A stretch of DNA of 64,000 bases from Piromyces finnis finn (lineage: Eukaryota; Fungi; Neocallimastigomycota). This document shows, piece by piece, positions 28,760-41,241 of the stretch (within the stretch, counting starts at the first letter, position 1; the number at the start of each line of letters is the position of its first letter). The notes below the pieces were generated by a model, which saw nothing but the letters and a program-made list of their open reading frames with translations, did no database searches and was not told the origin of the DNA. The stretch covers positions 186,001-250,000 of the forward strand of contig MCFH01000051.1 of NCBI GenBank assembly GCA_002104945.1, read 5' to 3'. The position numbers and the translations under genes were made by a program.

Positions 28760-29083
28760 TACAATTTCTTTATCCTTTTCTTCTGTTTCCTTTTTGTCAT
28801 TTTCATCAGTTGGTTTATTACTTTCTGTACTGTAATATTTGTATGAATTTTGAAGTGAAGAATTATTGAAAAACGATATTAAAGAATTATTTAAAGTAAT
28901 TGATGGGACACTTGAGTTAGTTTTATTTAATAATGAAATTCTATTTGAGGTTATAAGTTTTATATTATTTTGCATGGTATATTGGCGATATGTACATTTA
29001 TTTAAATTATTTATTATTGAAATCGAGCATGATTTCTTTAATAAATCCTTTGAGATTGAATTTTTAATGATTAAACTTTCCAT
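28187..29083 (-). CDS. ISA2: A-type Fe-S cluster assembly protein Isa2 (IscA/HesB family) with long N-terminal presequence, 3 exons
   Basis: LRIVVEAGGCHGFQY and NPNATESCGCGGSFSV* motifs; two gtaagt introns; basic/Ser-rich N-terminus followed by an acidic stretch. Confidence 0.93.
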
Positions 29084-31835
29084 TTTTAGATGCTTTCATT
29101 ATTTTTAATAATAAAATATAATTTAGAATATAAATTATAATTGATTAATTATTGAGTTTCTATATATATATTTTTTGATTATTACCTTTTTTATAATTAT
29201 TTTTCTTTTTAACTTTTATAAAATTTTTTGTTCCTTTTTTTTTTTTTACTTTTTTTTTTTTTTTTTGAAAGATTAAAATTTTAATAAATAAACATATATA
29301 TTATAATATATTTAAATATATATTATTATATATTTCATACCAACATTATTCATATATTTTTATTATTAACAAATAATAATTGATATATATATTATTAATA
29401 TTTAAAATTCGATATAAAAATTTTCTTATTATCTTTGGAAACCAGGTTTTTTATCTGTATAATATTTTAAGTAATCTTTATAATTTTATTTAATAATAAA
29501 AAAAGAGAAAAATTAACACTTTTATATATTTATTAGTATATTTTATTATTTTTTTTTAATTAATATATATCAATGTTAAAAAAGGTTATAATTTAGTTTT
29601 TTATAGGCTTCATGAAAGTCTCTTTTATAATTTTGCAGAAATTAATTATGGATATGGAAATAGTTCAAATATATTGGTTGATATTTCCGTTATTTACGAA
29701 AAAAAAATTATAATTATAAAAAAGATGATAAAAAAAAATTCCATAATTAAATGTATATTATACATAAAATTATAGAAAACAAAATAAAAAATTATCAGAA
29801 ATCAAATAATAAATAGTATTTGTTATTGATTCTATTGCTACATAACATTAGTATAAATAAATAATGTTATTCTTATTATCTTAACATTAGAAATAATATT
29901 GTCTTCATTCTATGAATAAAAGCTATTCCATTTTTTCTTTTATTAAAAGTGTTGCTATTAGCAATATAAATGTAACAACCTAATTTTTATTACTATAAAT
30001 AAAACATACATTAGCTTAAGCCTAAAAGAGGAAAAATAAATATTAAAATTTACAATTACAATTTTGTTACATTATTACTATAATGATTGTATTTAATTTA
30101 ATTAGTGTAAATGAAAATTTGACATTTCTTATCATGAATAAACTATAGTTAATAAGGTTTCATTATGGTGGTACAGTTTCAAATATTAATTAATTAGAGA
30201 ATATTATAATAATAACAAAAGGATAATAATTTTTAAATGATAATTCCATTTATTTGTTTAAAAAATATATTCTTTTAAAATTTTGTAAAGATAAGACTGT
30301 TATATTAATATAAATATATAATATTCCTATTAATTATTAAAATAAATATATTTTAATAAGTTATGAACCATAGAATAGTATGGATTTAATGTAATATAGA
30401 ATAGAAATGGAAATTTGTGTAAAAAAAAAAAAAAATCCAACTAGTAATGTAAAACAATAATAAATTTCTATAATAAATAATTTAATATAAAAACATGATC
30501 TCATAAATTAATATGTGATTTGATAGAAAAAATCAATTATGCTATACTTTTAAAAAAATCAATATTTAAGCTTGGTTTTAATAAATGAAAATATATAGGA
30601 AAGTATTTTTTGTAGTTATTACATTTGTATTATTAATTAATAATATTCCCCTTACTTACTGGATATAAAGTCTTTATATATTCACACCTTTAGAAAAAAA
30701 AGTTAACTTATAGACATGATATATGTGGTTTTTTGGAATGATATACAATAAAATCTATTGGTTTCTGTATCACATAAAAATAAAAAGAAATTTTTTTAAA
30801 TTATTTATTAAAACTTTATTTATTATATAATAAAGTTTGATGTTAATTATTTTTTTTAAAATTTTAATAAAAATTGTTTTAAATTTTTTTTCTTTTCACA
30901 ATAATAATTTAAATATAAAATAAAATTATTTCCCCATTTTATTTTTTAACTATATAAAAAAAAAAAAAAAAAAGGATTATTAAAAATTAATAAAAATAAA
31001 AAGATTATACAACTTTTTTTAAAGAAAAAAAATATAAGAAAATAATAATAAACATGAAACAATCATAATATATACCTATTTTTAGTGCGTGAATATCAAT
31101 AATACTTTTTTTATACAAAAAGAGTTTAATAACTAAAGTCAATTATGTGCTTCTAATAGCTATATAAAAAATATCTTTTTAATTGATGTTTCAAATTAAA
31201 AATAAAATTAAACAATAAAAGAATAAAATATTAATTTATTGTAATGTTTTGGAATTATTATTTCAATTAATGTTCAAAAATTAATTTATTCTTTACAAGA
31301 AACAATAATAACAATAATAAATAAAATTAATATAATACCATCAATAAATTTTAGTATATATTTATAATTTAAAGTTAAATTATTTTATATTTTGTATAAT
31401 TAAAATTTAAAAGAACAACTAAATAATAATTTGTAATTGTAATATAAAAAATAATAAAACTCCTTTTCGATATTAATTTAAAAATTAGTATTTATTTATA
31501 TAAAAATACGTTAAAAATAATACAGAAATAAAAGTATATAATTTGCTGGTCAAATTTGCTGAAATTAATGTTTATTTTTTAACTTTATTTATATAAAATA
31601 ATTAATAATAATAATAAAAAAAAAAAGCATTTCGTAATAAAAATCATAATAAAATTTTGTATTCAAATTTACTAATAATAATATACCTTATATATATTAA
31701 AAGCAGTAAAAATAAATTAAAACAAACAAATAAAAAACATTAAAAAAAAATAAAAATTATAAAAAAAAAAGAGAATTAAAATATTTTAGTAATTAACCAA
31801 CACTATACCTTTTTTTTATTTAACTTATAACAACA

Positions 31836-33074
31836 ATGAAAAATATTAATTACATATTTTGTCTTATTATATTGTTTTTATTGGGATTCAATAATTCAAT
31901 GGTAATACCCAAAAAAGAAACTAATTCAAATTACTCAAATAATTATAAAAACAAAAGAGGATATAATATTGAATTTTCAGAGAAGGTAAATAATAATAAA
32001 ATGGTTTCAACTAATGAAAAAATAATATATGATTCTGATAAAAGTATAGAGAAAAATGTACATGATAATTTTGCTTTAAATAAAGAAAAAAATATTAAAG
32101 TTAATAGTAGATCCAGTATAGCACCTAAGATACAACAAGGTAAATTTTATGTAATACATTAAAAACATTAAAATATATAAATGAAAAATATTATTATTAT
32201 TTAATAAATTAACTTATTAATATTAAATTTTATTTAAATATTAGATTCTAATACTTACTTTGTTGGTGATGAATCTGTATTTATTTCACCAGTAAATCAA
32301 TCATCAAATAATAATAGTACTCCAAATAAGAGTGAAAGTAATCAAATATTGAATGATTTAAATAAACCTGATGATATTATAAATAATTCACTCAATAGTA
32401 GCGATTATAAAAAATTTAATTCCACTGAAGTTTTAATTGGAAAAATTAAAAGTGAAACGATTAAAGATAGTGATAGTAGCGATAGTATTAATATTGATAA
32501 AGCTGATAGTGCTGATAATGATATATTAAGCGAAGAAAATACAAGGGAGAAAGAAGATAGTTTGGCAAGATTATATAAGCCTGATATTGTACCAGTTACA
32601 AATATTGATGATAATAGTATTGATAATAGCAATAAGGATTCTAATACGGAAAACAATAAAGATTTAAGTGGTGAAAAAAATTTAATATATGCTTCAGGAA
32701 TGATAATGGGTATAGTTTTATTTTTTATAATAGGCAACATTATTATTAAAGTTAAAAAACCACACAACAATAAAGATATTACTTTACCAGGAAGCAGAAC
32801 TTTGAAATTAGATCGAGAGAATTTTGATAGTGTTAATATAATAGATGGCGATCTTAATTCAATTTTATCTTTGGAAACTATGGAACAATATTCAGATAAT
32901 AATCAAGTATATGTAGTTGATGAAAAAAATAATTTAAAAAATATAACAAAAATATATGAAATTAAAGGGTATAAAGACCATATCTTTGAAAGATCATGTG
33001 ATGTTGAAAGAAGTGATTCTCTTAATTCTTTATTTGATATTAGTTTTAATGAAAATAATTCCTATCGCTCATAA
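31836..33074 (+). CDS. Uncharacterised type I single-pass membrane protein (signal peptide, Asn/Ser/Asp-rich ectodomain, one TM)
   Basis: Signal-like MKNINYIFCLIILFLLGFNNS; donor caag|gtaaat at ~32140 and acceptor ttag at ~32245 join ORFs 31836-32162 and 32349-33074; TM GMIMGIVLFFIIGNIII followed by KVKK. Confidence 0.7.
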
Positions 33075-34164
33075 CCCGATAAATTAATATCCATTTTATC
33101 GAGGTTACAACACGTTATTCAATAATGGATACAAGAAAAAAAAAATTTTTTTGTATTGAAAGTAGTAAATAGTTATATTCTATATAAAAAGAAAACTAAT
33201 TAAAAATAGTTTTTATATAGTGTATATAAAATGAATATTTTAGATACCCATAAAAATTATTTATTTTTAGAGTGATTATTTATTCTTTTAATATAAAATA
33301 TATAATTAATTTATTTAAACAAAAAATAATAATAATAATAATAATAAAAATAAATATTTAATTTATAATTAAAAAATAAAAAAATAAAAAAACGAAAAGA
33401 AAATAAAAATAACAAATGAATGAAAAAAAAAATTAAATAAAAACTAATAAAACTAATAAAATAAGAAAAAAAAACATTTGATAGATATTGTAAAGTGTAA
33501 AAATATTATTTTTATTAAATACATGTTTTCATCTTTTAAAAAGGAATATTTTTAAAGAATATTTAAATACATTAAAAGATAAATAGTAAATTAGAATTAC
33601 AGTACTTTTTCATGAACAATTATAAAAATCATTATAATAAAAAAGTTAATAATTGATTGATTGGCTATAATTACTTTTTTTTTGATTTTACAAAAATGTT
33701 TTCTTAAAAAATTATTAGACTTTAATAATAAAAAAATTTTTTCTATTAATATTAATAAATATAGTAAAGAAGATAATATTTTTTTTTTTTTTAAAAAAAA
33801 GGGAAAGACAAAAAAAGATAGAAAAAAAAAATAAAAAAAAAGAAAAAAAAAAAAAAAAAAAAAAAGAAAAAAGAAAAAAAATTATTAAAAAAGAAAAAGA
33901 AAATTTAAGGTAAGAAAATTAATGTTATTACTTTATTTTTCTTTATTATTATTTATTTATTCGATTATTATTTATATATTCGCATGAAATACTATAATTA
34001 AATTGAATATAATCAAATAAAAAAAAAAAAAAAAAAAAAAAAAAATCAATAATTATAATTCTTCTTTTTCATATTTTAATAATAATATATATTCAATACT
34101 TTCATTAATTCAATATTTTCTCAAAAGTCAAAACAATCAAAATTATAATATAAGATTTTTCAAA

Positions 34165-35754
34165 ATGTCTTCATTTGACAAATTTGCAAAAAAAGTAAAA
34201 TCTAAAATCCCTTCCAAGCCCTGGTTAATTTTTATGGGATGTAGTGGTCTTGTGGCCTCAGCTATATATTATGATAAACAAGAAAAAAAAAAGATACAAA
34301 AAAGATTAATAGACCAAGTTTCATTTTATGCCAACAGACCTATTGAAACTGATACCCGTCCGAGAAAAATCATGGTTTGTATGACTGCTCCAATGGGAAC
34401 TTCCCTTAGAAAATTAAAAGTACATTTTGAAGAATATATAGAACCAAGTAAATAATATAAATGTTTTTTTTTTATTTTATTTATAATTTATATTTCAAAT
34501 TAAATATTTAATTACATTACATTACATTATAAATTTATTTTCAAAAGTGTAATAATCATAATTATATTATAATATTAATTTTTAATATAAACTTTTTTTT
34601 TTATTATTTAAAATATATTTTAATTATAACAAATTCAATAATATTCATTATAACCTTATAATAATAATTTTAATAATTATTATTCAATTAACCCTCCTTT
34701 TTTTTATTAAAAAAAAAATAAATTAAAAAGTTTTCGAAGCCGCAGCACTCGATTATGAATTAATTGAATCTAGAATTGATGGAGGAGTTAGAAATAAAAT
34801 AATTAATTTAGTACATAAAAGAAAACAAGAAGAGGCAAATCCTTCACTATATAGATTGCCAATTGAAATACCCGTTCAACCTCAAATATCTTTAACTGAA
34901 GATTTAGTTTCATTTGGAAGAGCTTCCTACAGAGAAATGTTAGAAGGTTTAAATCAAGGTTTTTTATCACAACCACCCAAAGAATATATAAAGGATATTA
35001 ATATAATTAATAAAAACAAGAAAAAACCACAGGTTAAGCCAAAACCAGTGCAGAAGAAAAAAGGATTATTCAATAGAAATAATAAAATTGAAGGTAAGAC
35101 AATATTTTAAATATAAATAATTCTCTAAACATTATATTTTCATATAAATTATAAAAAAGATAGATGTATAAAGGAAAATATATAGCAAATGATTTTATTA
35201 ATTTAATTAATTATAACATTATGTTCAATAACACCAAAATGTATTTATAATAAAAAGATAAATCAAAAGATACCAAGGTAGAAAGTCCATCAACATCAAA
35301 ACAAAAGGAAGATGATGAATTCCATTTAAAATTTTCAGAAGAATATTTACCAGATTTTGATATTACACCGGTTGTTGGTTTAATTTCATTTAATAACTTG
35401 GTAGGCAAGAAAAATTTTGGTCGTAGAGTAGTATCATGGTTTAATGAACGTAAGATAGCAGAAGAATATGGTAAACAAGCAGTTGCTGTTGTTGTGGGTA
35501 AACATGTACCTTTTGAAGTTGATAGAGATTGTCGTCTTGGCTTATTTGAAGAAAGAAGAGTAGCTAGTAAAAAGTTAGGTCCATTACCAAAAATGTATCG
35601 TATGCATGAAGAAGTTTCCAGAAGACTTCGTATCATACAAGATTTTGGTATTCCAGATGAAGATGACACCGAAAGATGGGTAGTTAATCCAAATAAAGGA
35701 CGTAAATTAGTTAATGCATTCGGAAGATTGGGTGAACCATTACAATATTATTAA
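34165..35754 (+). CDS. TIM54: Mitochondrial-type inner membrane import subunit Tim54 (TIM22 complex), 3 exons
   Basis: KIPSKPWLIF...AIYYDKQEKKKIQKR...RPRKIMVCMTAPMG...HFEEYIEP|IFEAAALDYELIESRIDGGVR matches the fungal Tim54 N-terminal signature; introns ~34448-34730 and ~35094-35257. Confidence 0.88.
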
Positions 35755-36720
35755 AATTACAAAATCATAAGAATCATAAAAACAGCAACAATAGAATTAT
35801 CTAGAAACTTATACTACAGTAATGAAAACAGTATTTATAGAATTATATACAAATTTTTATTTCTAATAAAGATAGAAATGAAGTGTTTCTAAAAGGAAAA
35901 TTTTATTCTTTTATTATTATTAATATTTTAATAATAATAATAAAATTTTTTTACATAAACTATAATATTTATTTAAAAAAAAAAAAAAGCATATAACATA
36001 AATTGAAATTATAAAAATAAATAAATAAATTAAAAAAAAAAAAAGGAAATAGTAAATCAAATTTAAATATGAAATAAATATATACATCTTTTTTTTTTTT
36101 TTTTTTTTTAAAGAAATTTTTATCCTTAGTTATTATTAATTTTAAAATAAAATAAAAAAGTCTTCCTAATGGAATATACTTAATCCCTAGACCTTAAATT
36201 TTTATTCAATATTTCATATTTCATTAATGAAAAGTTTGTTATTTTAAAAATTTTTACGATACACAATAACACACATTTCTTGTTTTAAGATGGTATAATT
36301 TCAATATCATATTTAGTTCTTTTTAATTTTATGTAATTTTTTTTTTTTACTTTCTTTTAAAATAAAAATATAAAAAAAGTTGACAATTTTCTAAGAAAGT
36401 TATTCAAGTAAATTATAACACATTTTTTATTTTTAAGGATTGAAAAATAAATGAAAAAAAAAAAAAAAAGGCAAACTCATACAAGTAGGATTTTAATTTC
36501 TTATTCAATCTTTATACTACAATTTCCCGTAGATATTTTATAATAAATATCACTATATCCTATCCTATTTATTAATATTATTACCTAAAATATTTTCTTT
36601 TTTGATATTTATCCATAATATCAATGAAATAACTTTATTAGTAAAGGCACACCATTGAGTTTTTATATTTTAAAGATCTCTTAAAAAATAATTTTTAGTT
36701 ATGAAAAATGGAATGTCTTC

Positions 36721-36900
36721 TATAATATAATATAATATAATATAATATAATATAATATAATATAATATAATATAATATAATATAATATAATATAATATAA
36801 TATAATATAATATAATATAATATAATATAATATAATATAATATAATATAATATAATATAATATAATATAATATAATATAATATAATATAATATAATATAA
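36721..36900. repeat. (TATAA)n pentanucleotide microsatellite, 36 perfect units
   Basis: Directly visible. Confidence 0.97.
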
Positions 36901-37388
36901 TAATATAAAAATTTAATTTTATTTTTAAATTCTTTTTATCAATATAATTTTATATTTATTATAACTTTCTAATTAAAAAATTTTCTTAAAAGTACACTTA
37001 ATAAATAGAATATTCTAAGCATTCTATTAATATGAATTATTTTTAACTTTACATTTGTTTATTTTTTAGTTTTATCCTTATTATAAATATATTATAATAA
37101 AAGCAGTAATGAGAATTTGTATAACACCAATGTACTTGTGAATAATGATATGATTATACTAGATTTTTAAAAATATATATAAATAGGATATTAGCTTGCT
37201 TTTTATAAATTTTTTTTTATGTATTATTACAATTTAAAAAATATTTAAACTATATATTGAATGATTAATACATATGAAAAATATTAAACTTTAATGTATC
37301 ATTAATATTTTATTTATTATAGGATTGAGTTTTTCTTAATCTTCTATTTTCAATGTGAGTAAATTTATTGCTTTTAGTAGTTAAAATA

Positions 37389-37912
37389 TTAATAATTTAA
37401 TTTTATACTAATAATAATTAAAAAGAATAGAATAAAATGAGGTGTTCTCATAGATATACTATTATTTGTTTTATCATCAGTATTTTCAACTAAATGTTGT
37501 GAGTCATCAATTACTGAAGATGATGTTTCTTCTTCTTCAATTTCTGACGTTACTGTGTATATATCACTATCTATATTTATAAAAGTATCTGTGATAGTAG
37601 GTATAGTAGTAGTAGTAGTAGTAGTAGTAGTTGTTGTTGTTGTTGTTGTTGTAGGTATAGTAGTAGTAGTAGTAGTAGTTGTTGTTGTTGTAGGTATAGT
37701 AGTAGTAGTAGTAGTAGTTGTTGTTGTTGTAGGTATAGTAGTAGTAGTAGTAGTAGTTGTTGTTGTTGTAGGTATAGTAGTTGTAGTAGTAGTAGTAGTT
37801 GTTGTTGTTGTAGGTATAGTAGTAGTAGTTGTTGTTGTTGTAGGTATAGAAGTAGTAGTAGTAGTTGTTGTTATAGGTATAGTAGTAGTAGTAGTAGTTG
37901 TTGTTGTAGGTA

Positions 37913-37949
<37 letters not shown>

Positions 37950-39510
37950 TGTTGTTGTTGTTGTTGTTGTAGGTATAGAAGTAGTAGTAGTAGTAGTAGT
38001 GGTAGTAGTAGTAGTTGTTGTTGTTGTTGTAGGTATAGAAGTAGTAGTAGTAGTAGTTGTTGTTGTTGTTGTTGTTGTTGTAGGTATAGAAGTAGTAGTA
38101 GTAATAGTAGTTGTTGTTGTTGTTGTTGTAGGTATAGTGGTAGTAGTAGCAGTTGTTATTGCTGTTACTGTAGTAATAAATGTTTTCCAATAATATATAA
38201 TATTAATATTGAAAGATATTAATATAATTGGATATTAGTAAAATAGAAATGTTTATAAAAATAATAAAAGATAATAATTTAATTATAAATATACCATCAT
38301 CAAAAGTAAAAGAATAATTAATTAAATTAATTTCTTCTTTTTCTTCGTTACTTGGAATATAATCATTTTTTTCAATATTAGGATATTCAATTAATTTTTT
38401 ATCACTAAAAGAGGAATGAAGCAGATTGCGTTCAGGATTATCAGAATATTTTATATTGTTATACAAATGGTTTGTGCCTGTTAAGAAATAATCTGTTTTT
38501 AAATTTCCATAAGAGCCAGTTGGAATATTTATATCATTTATTAAAGGATCATCAAAAGTAACATCCAATACATACCATTTGCTATTTATTTCAACAAAAT
38601 TCCATTTGTGTGTAGAACTAATTGCACTAATACAATTAATACCATATTGGCGAGCAAGATATTGAAAAGCTTCGGCATATCCTTCACAAACACATTTATT
38701 TTCAACAAGACCACCATATATTGTTCTTATATGTTTTCTATTTTCATCTAAAATATATTCATTTTTTGTAATTAAATAGTCATGGATATATCTTAAAATA
38801 CCGTAAGGAGTTTTTATTCCAGATAATGTAATTTGATTCATTATTTTATCTTTAATATCCTGTATTTCTTTATTTAGATTTGCAATGGTTTCACTTGTAT
38901 AAAAAGAAAATTCGGAATTGCTAACTATCATATAAAATATACAATATAATGCTCTATTTGAAGAAGAACATTCATATTGAATTCCATTAATCCACCATAA
39001 TTCTGGATTTTCAAAAATTAAAACTGTAAAAACTTTTTCTAAGGAATTATCAAATTCGTTAAAAAATGTATTTATATCATCAATATTATTAAAGTTAGTG
39101 ATTGAAATACCAATTTCTAAATCAGGAATTTCTTTAGCTGATTGATTATAAAATATATCGAACATTTTTTTTTCATCTTCATTTAGTTGATGATAAAAAC
39201 TAAAATCTGCAGATTCCATCAATGAACTTATATCAACATCATCGTCTATAATATTTTTTAAATTTTTTTTTTGATCTTCGGTCCAATATTTAATGGTATT
39301 AATTGAAAAATTCTTATATTTATATATAAATTCTCCATCAATATTCTTAATATTCTTTTCCGGAATATATTCAATCAAATAATCCTTATTAATTTTATTT
39401 CGTTTTTCAAAAGCCTTATAATTTAAATGCCGTTGCCATGATATCTCTATTAATTTTAATAAAATTAATGATATTTGGAATAAAAGAAATTTACTGATTA
39501 TTATATTCAT
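37389..39510 (-). CDS. Secreted transglutaminase-like (Cys-His-Asp) protein with Thr-rich stalk and GPI-anchor-like C-terminus, 2 exons
   Basis: Signal-like N-terminus; LRYIHDYL...KCVCEGYAEAFQYLARQYGI...THKWNFVEINSKWYVLDVTFDDP. A phase-1 intron (~38294-38168, gtatat...actacag) joins an exon read as VTAITTATTTTIPTTT...SEIEEEETSS...NNSISMRTPHFILFFLIIISIKLNY*, a frame the ORF track missed. Confidence 0.85.
37597..38150 (-). repeat. Coding Thr-rich repeat (T)n-[T/S]IP units, mucin-like linker
   Basis: Repeated gtaggtatag(t/a)agtagtagt...gttgttgtt blocks on the plus strand. Confidence 0.9.
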
Positions 39511-39714
39511 ATTTATTTAATTTGTTTTTTAAAAATATATATATATATATATTTTAATTTATAGAGGTGTGTGTATAAAATTTTAATAATATTTTTTTTA
39601 GGAATTTTTAAATAATAAATTTATTTTCCATAAAATAGATCTATTTTTACAAATAAAATTTATTAGTTAAAATTTAAAAAGATATTGGAAGAAAAAAAAA
39701 AAAAAGAAAAAAGA

Positions 39715-39827
39715 AAAAAAACTACAAAAATACGATATTCATTTAAAGAATGAAAAAAACTACAAAAATACTATATTCATTTAAAGAATGAAAAAAACTA
39801 CAAAAATACTATATTCATTTAAAGAAT
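39715..39827. repeat. 38-bp tandem repeat x3
   Basis: aaaaaaactacaaaaatac(g/t)atattcatttaaagaatg recurring at 38-bp spacing (ctac at 39722, 39760, 39798), ~200 bp upstream of the transglutaminase-like ATG. Confidence 0.9.
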
Positions 39828-40470
39828 AAAGTGTATATAGTTTTAATTTTTGAATTAAAAATTAATTAAATGTGTTGTTTGTATAGAAAAAAAAGAATTA
39901 ATTCAAGACTCTAAAAATTTTAATTAAAGATACATTATAAAATATAAAATCTATGATTAATAATTAAATATATAATAATAGCGTTAAAATTGATATTTTT
40001 GAACAAGATAATTTGAATTATTAGTATGAAAAGTTACTAATAGTATATTAACATAGATACTAAATACTATATTCCTTTAAATAATGAAGATTAAATAAAT
40101 TTAAAGTACACTATTTCTACTTTTTCTTATATCAGATGCAAATGTTTTTAATATTTTTTATTACATTTATTTCATTTGATCAAGTTTAATTATTATCCAA
40201 TCTTTCATAATAAATGAATTAATAATAAATAAATATATTATGATTATTGTACTTTTTTTTTTATTTTGAACATAAAAAACGCATTAAATACAAATAATTT
40301 ACTGAATCATTTCCAATATAAAGTAACTAATTAACATATTATGTCTTGAATGTATTATTCAATATTAATATTAAATGACATTTATAAAAATATAATTTTA
40401 ATTCATAACTTGTAAAATTATAAGTAAAACATATTAAGAATGAGGCTAAATAAATTAATATATTAATATC

Positions 40471-40505
<35 letters not shown>

Positions 40506-41241
40506 TAAAATAAGATATAAATTTTTATTTTATTTTATTATACATAGTAATGATATTATTATTAATATTATTATTAAAAACATTTGAAATGCTCTTTTTT
40601 TTAAAGTATTTTCTTTATATTGTTTTTTTAAATATTATTTTATAATATTGTTTATTCGTTATTATTGATTCTTTTATTGTAATTATTAATTAACTTTTGC
40701 AACTAATTCAGATTTAAATGTTTTAATTATAATTGATCATTTTTATTTTCATAATAATTACAGTTTGTATTTTTAAAAAAAAAAAAAATGCTAAGAACTA
40801 AATATATTAAGTATACACTAGAATTATATTGATAATATAAATTTAATATATACATTATATTCATAAAATATATTAAAGTTTATTTGTTAAAATTTTAATA
40901 TAACTTTTTTAAACTTTGTGACAGGTTTTAATAAATACTTATGCCAATTTTTATATTAAAATGTGTTATTAAAAATATATATAAAGAAAAGTATTTCTTG
41001 GATAATTTAATTCTTTTAAATAAAAAAAAAACTATACACATAGACTTAACAAAAATAATAACTAATAATAATTAATACATTGTTTGACAACTATTATATA
41101 TATCCATAAAAAAAGTAGCACAATATTAATAGATTTTAAATTGAAATTTCAGAAAAAAAAATATATTAATACTTTTAGCAATTAGTATTATAATATTAAA
41201 ATATAATACATAAATTACAAGAATCGTATATTTAAAGATAA

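Noticed and set aside
29605-29775. Start-less open frame RLHESLFYNFAEINYGYGNSSNILVDISVIYE after a TAG acceptor
   Set aside because: No ATG, donor or partner exons found; may be a decayed relic but cannot be supported.
35211-35669. Minus-strand 152-aa ORF
   Set aside because: Antisense to the last Tim54 exon.
37555-38193. Poly-Val (+) and Tyr/Asn (-) ORFs that look like repeat proteins or an array
   Set aside because: Wrong frames of the Thr-rich stalk; units are codon-level repeats without unique spacers, so not CRISPR.
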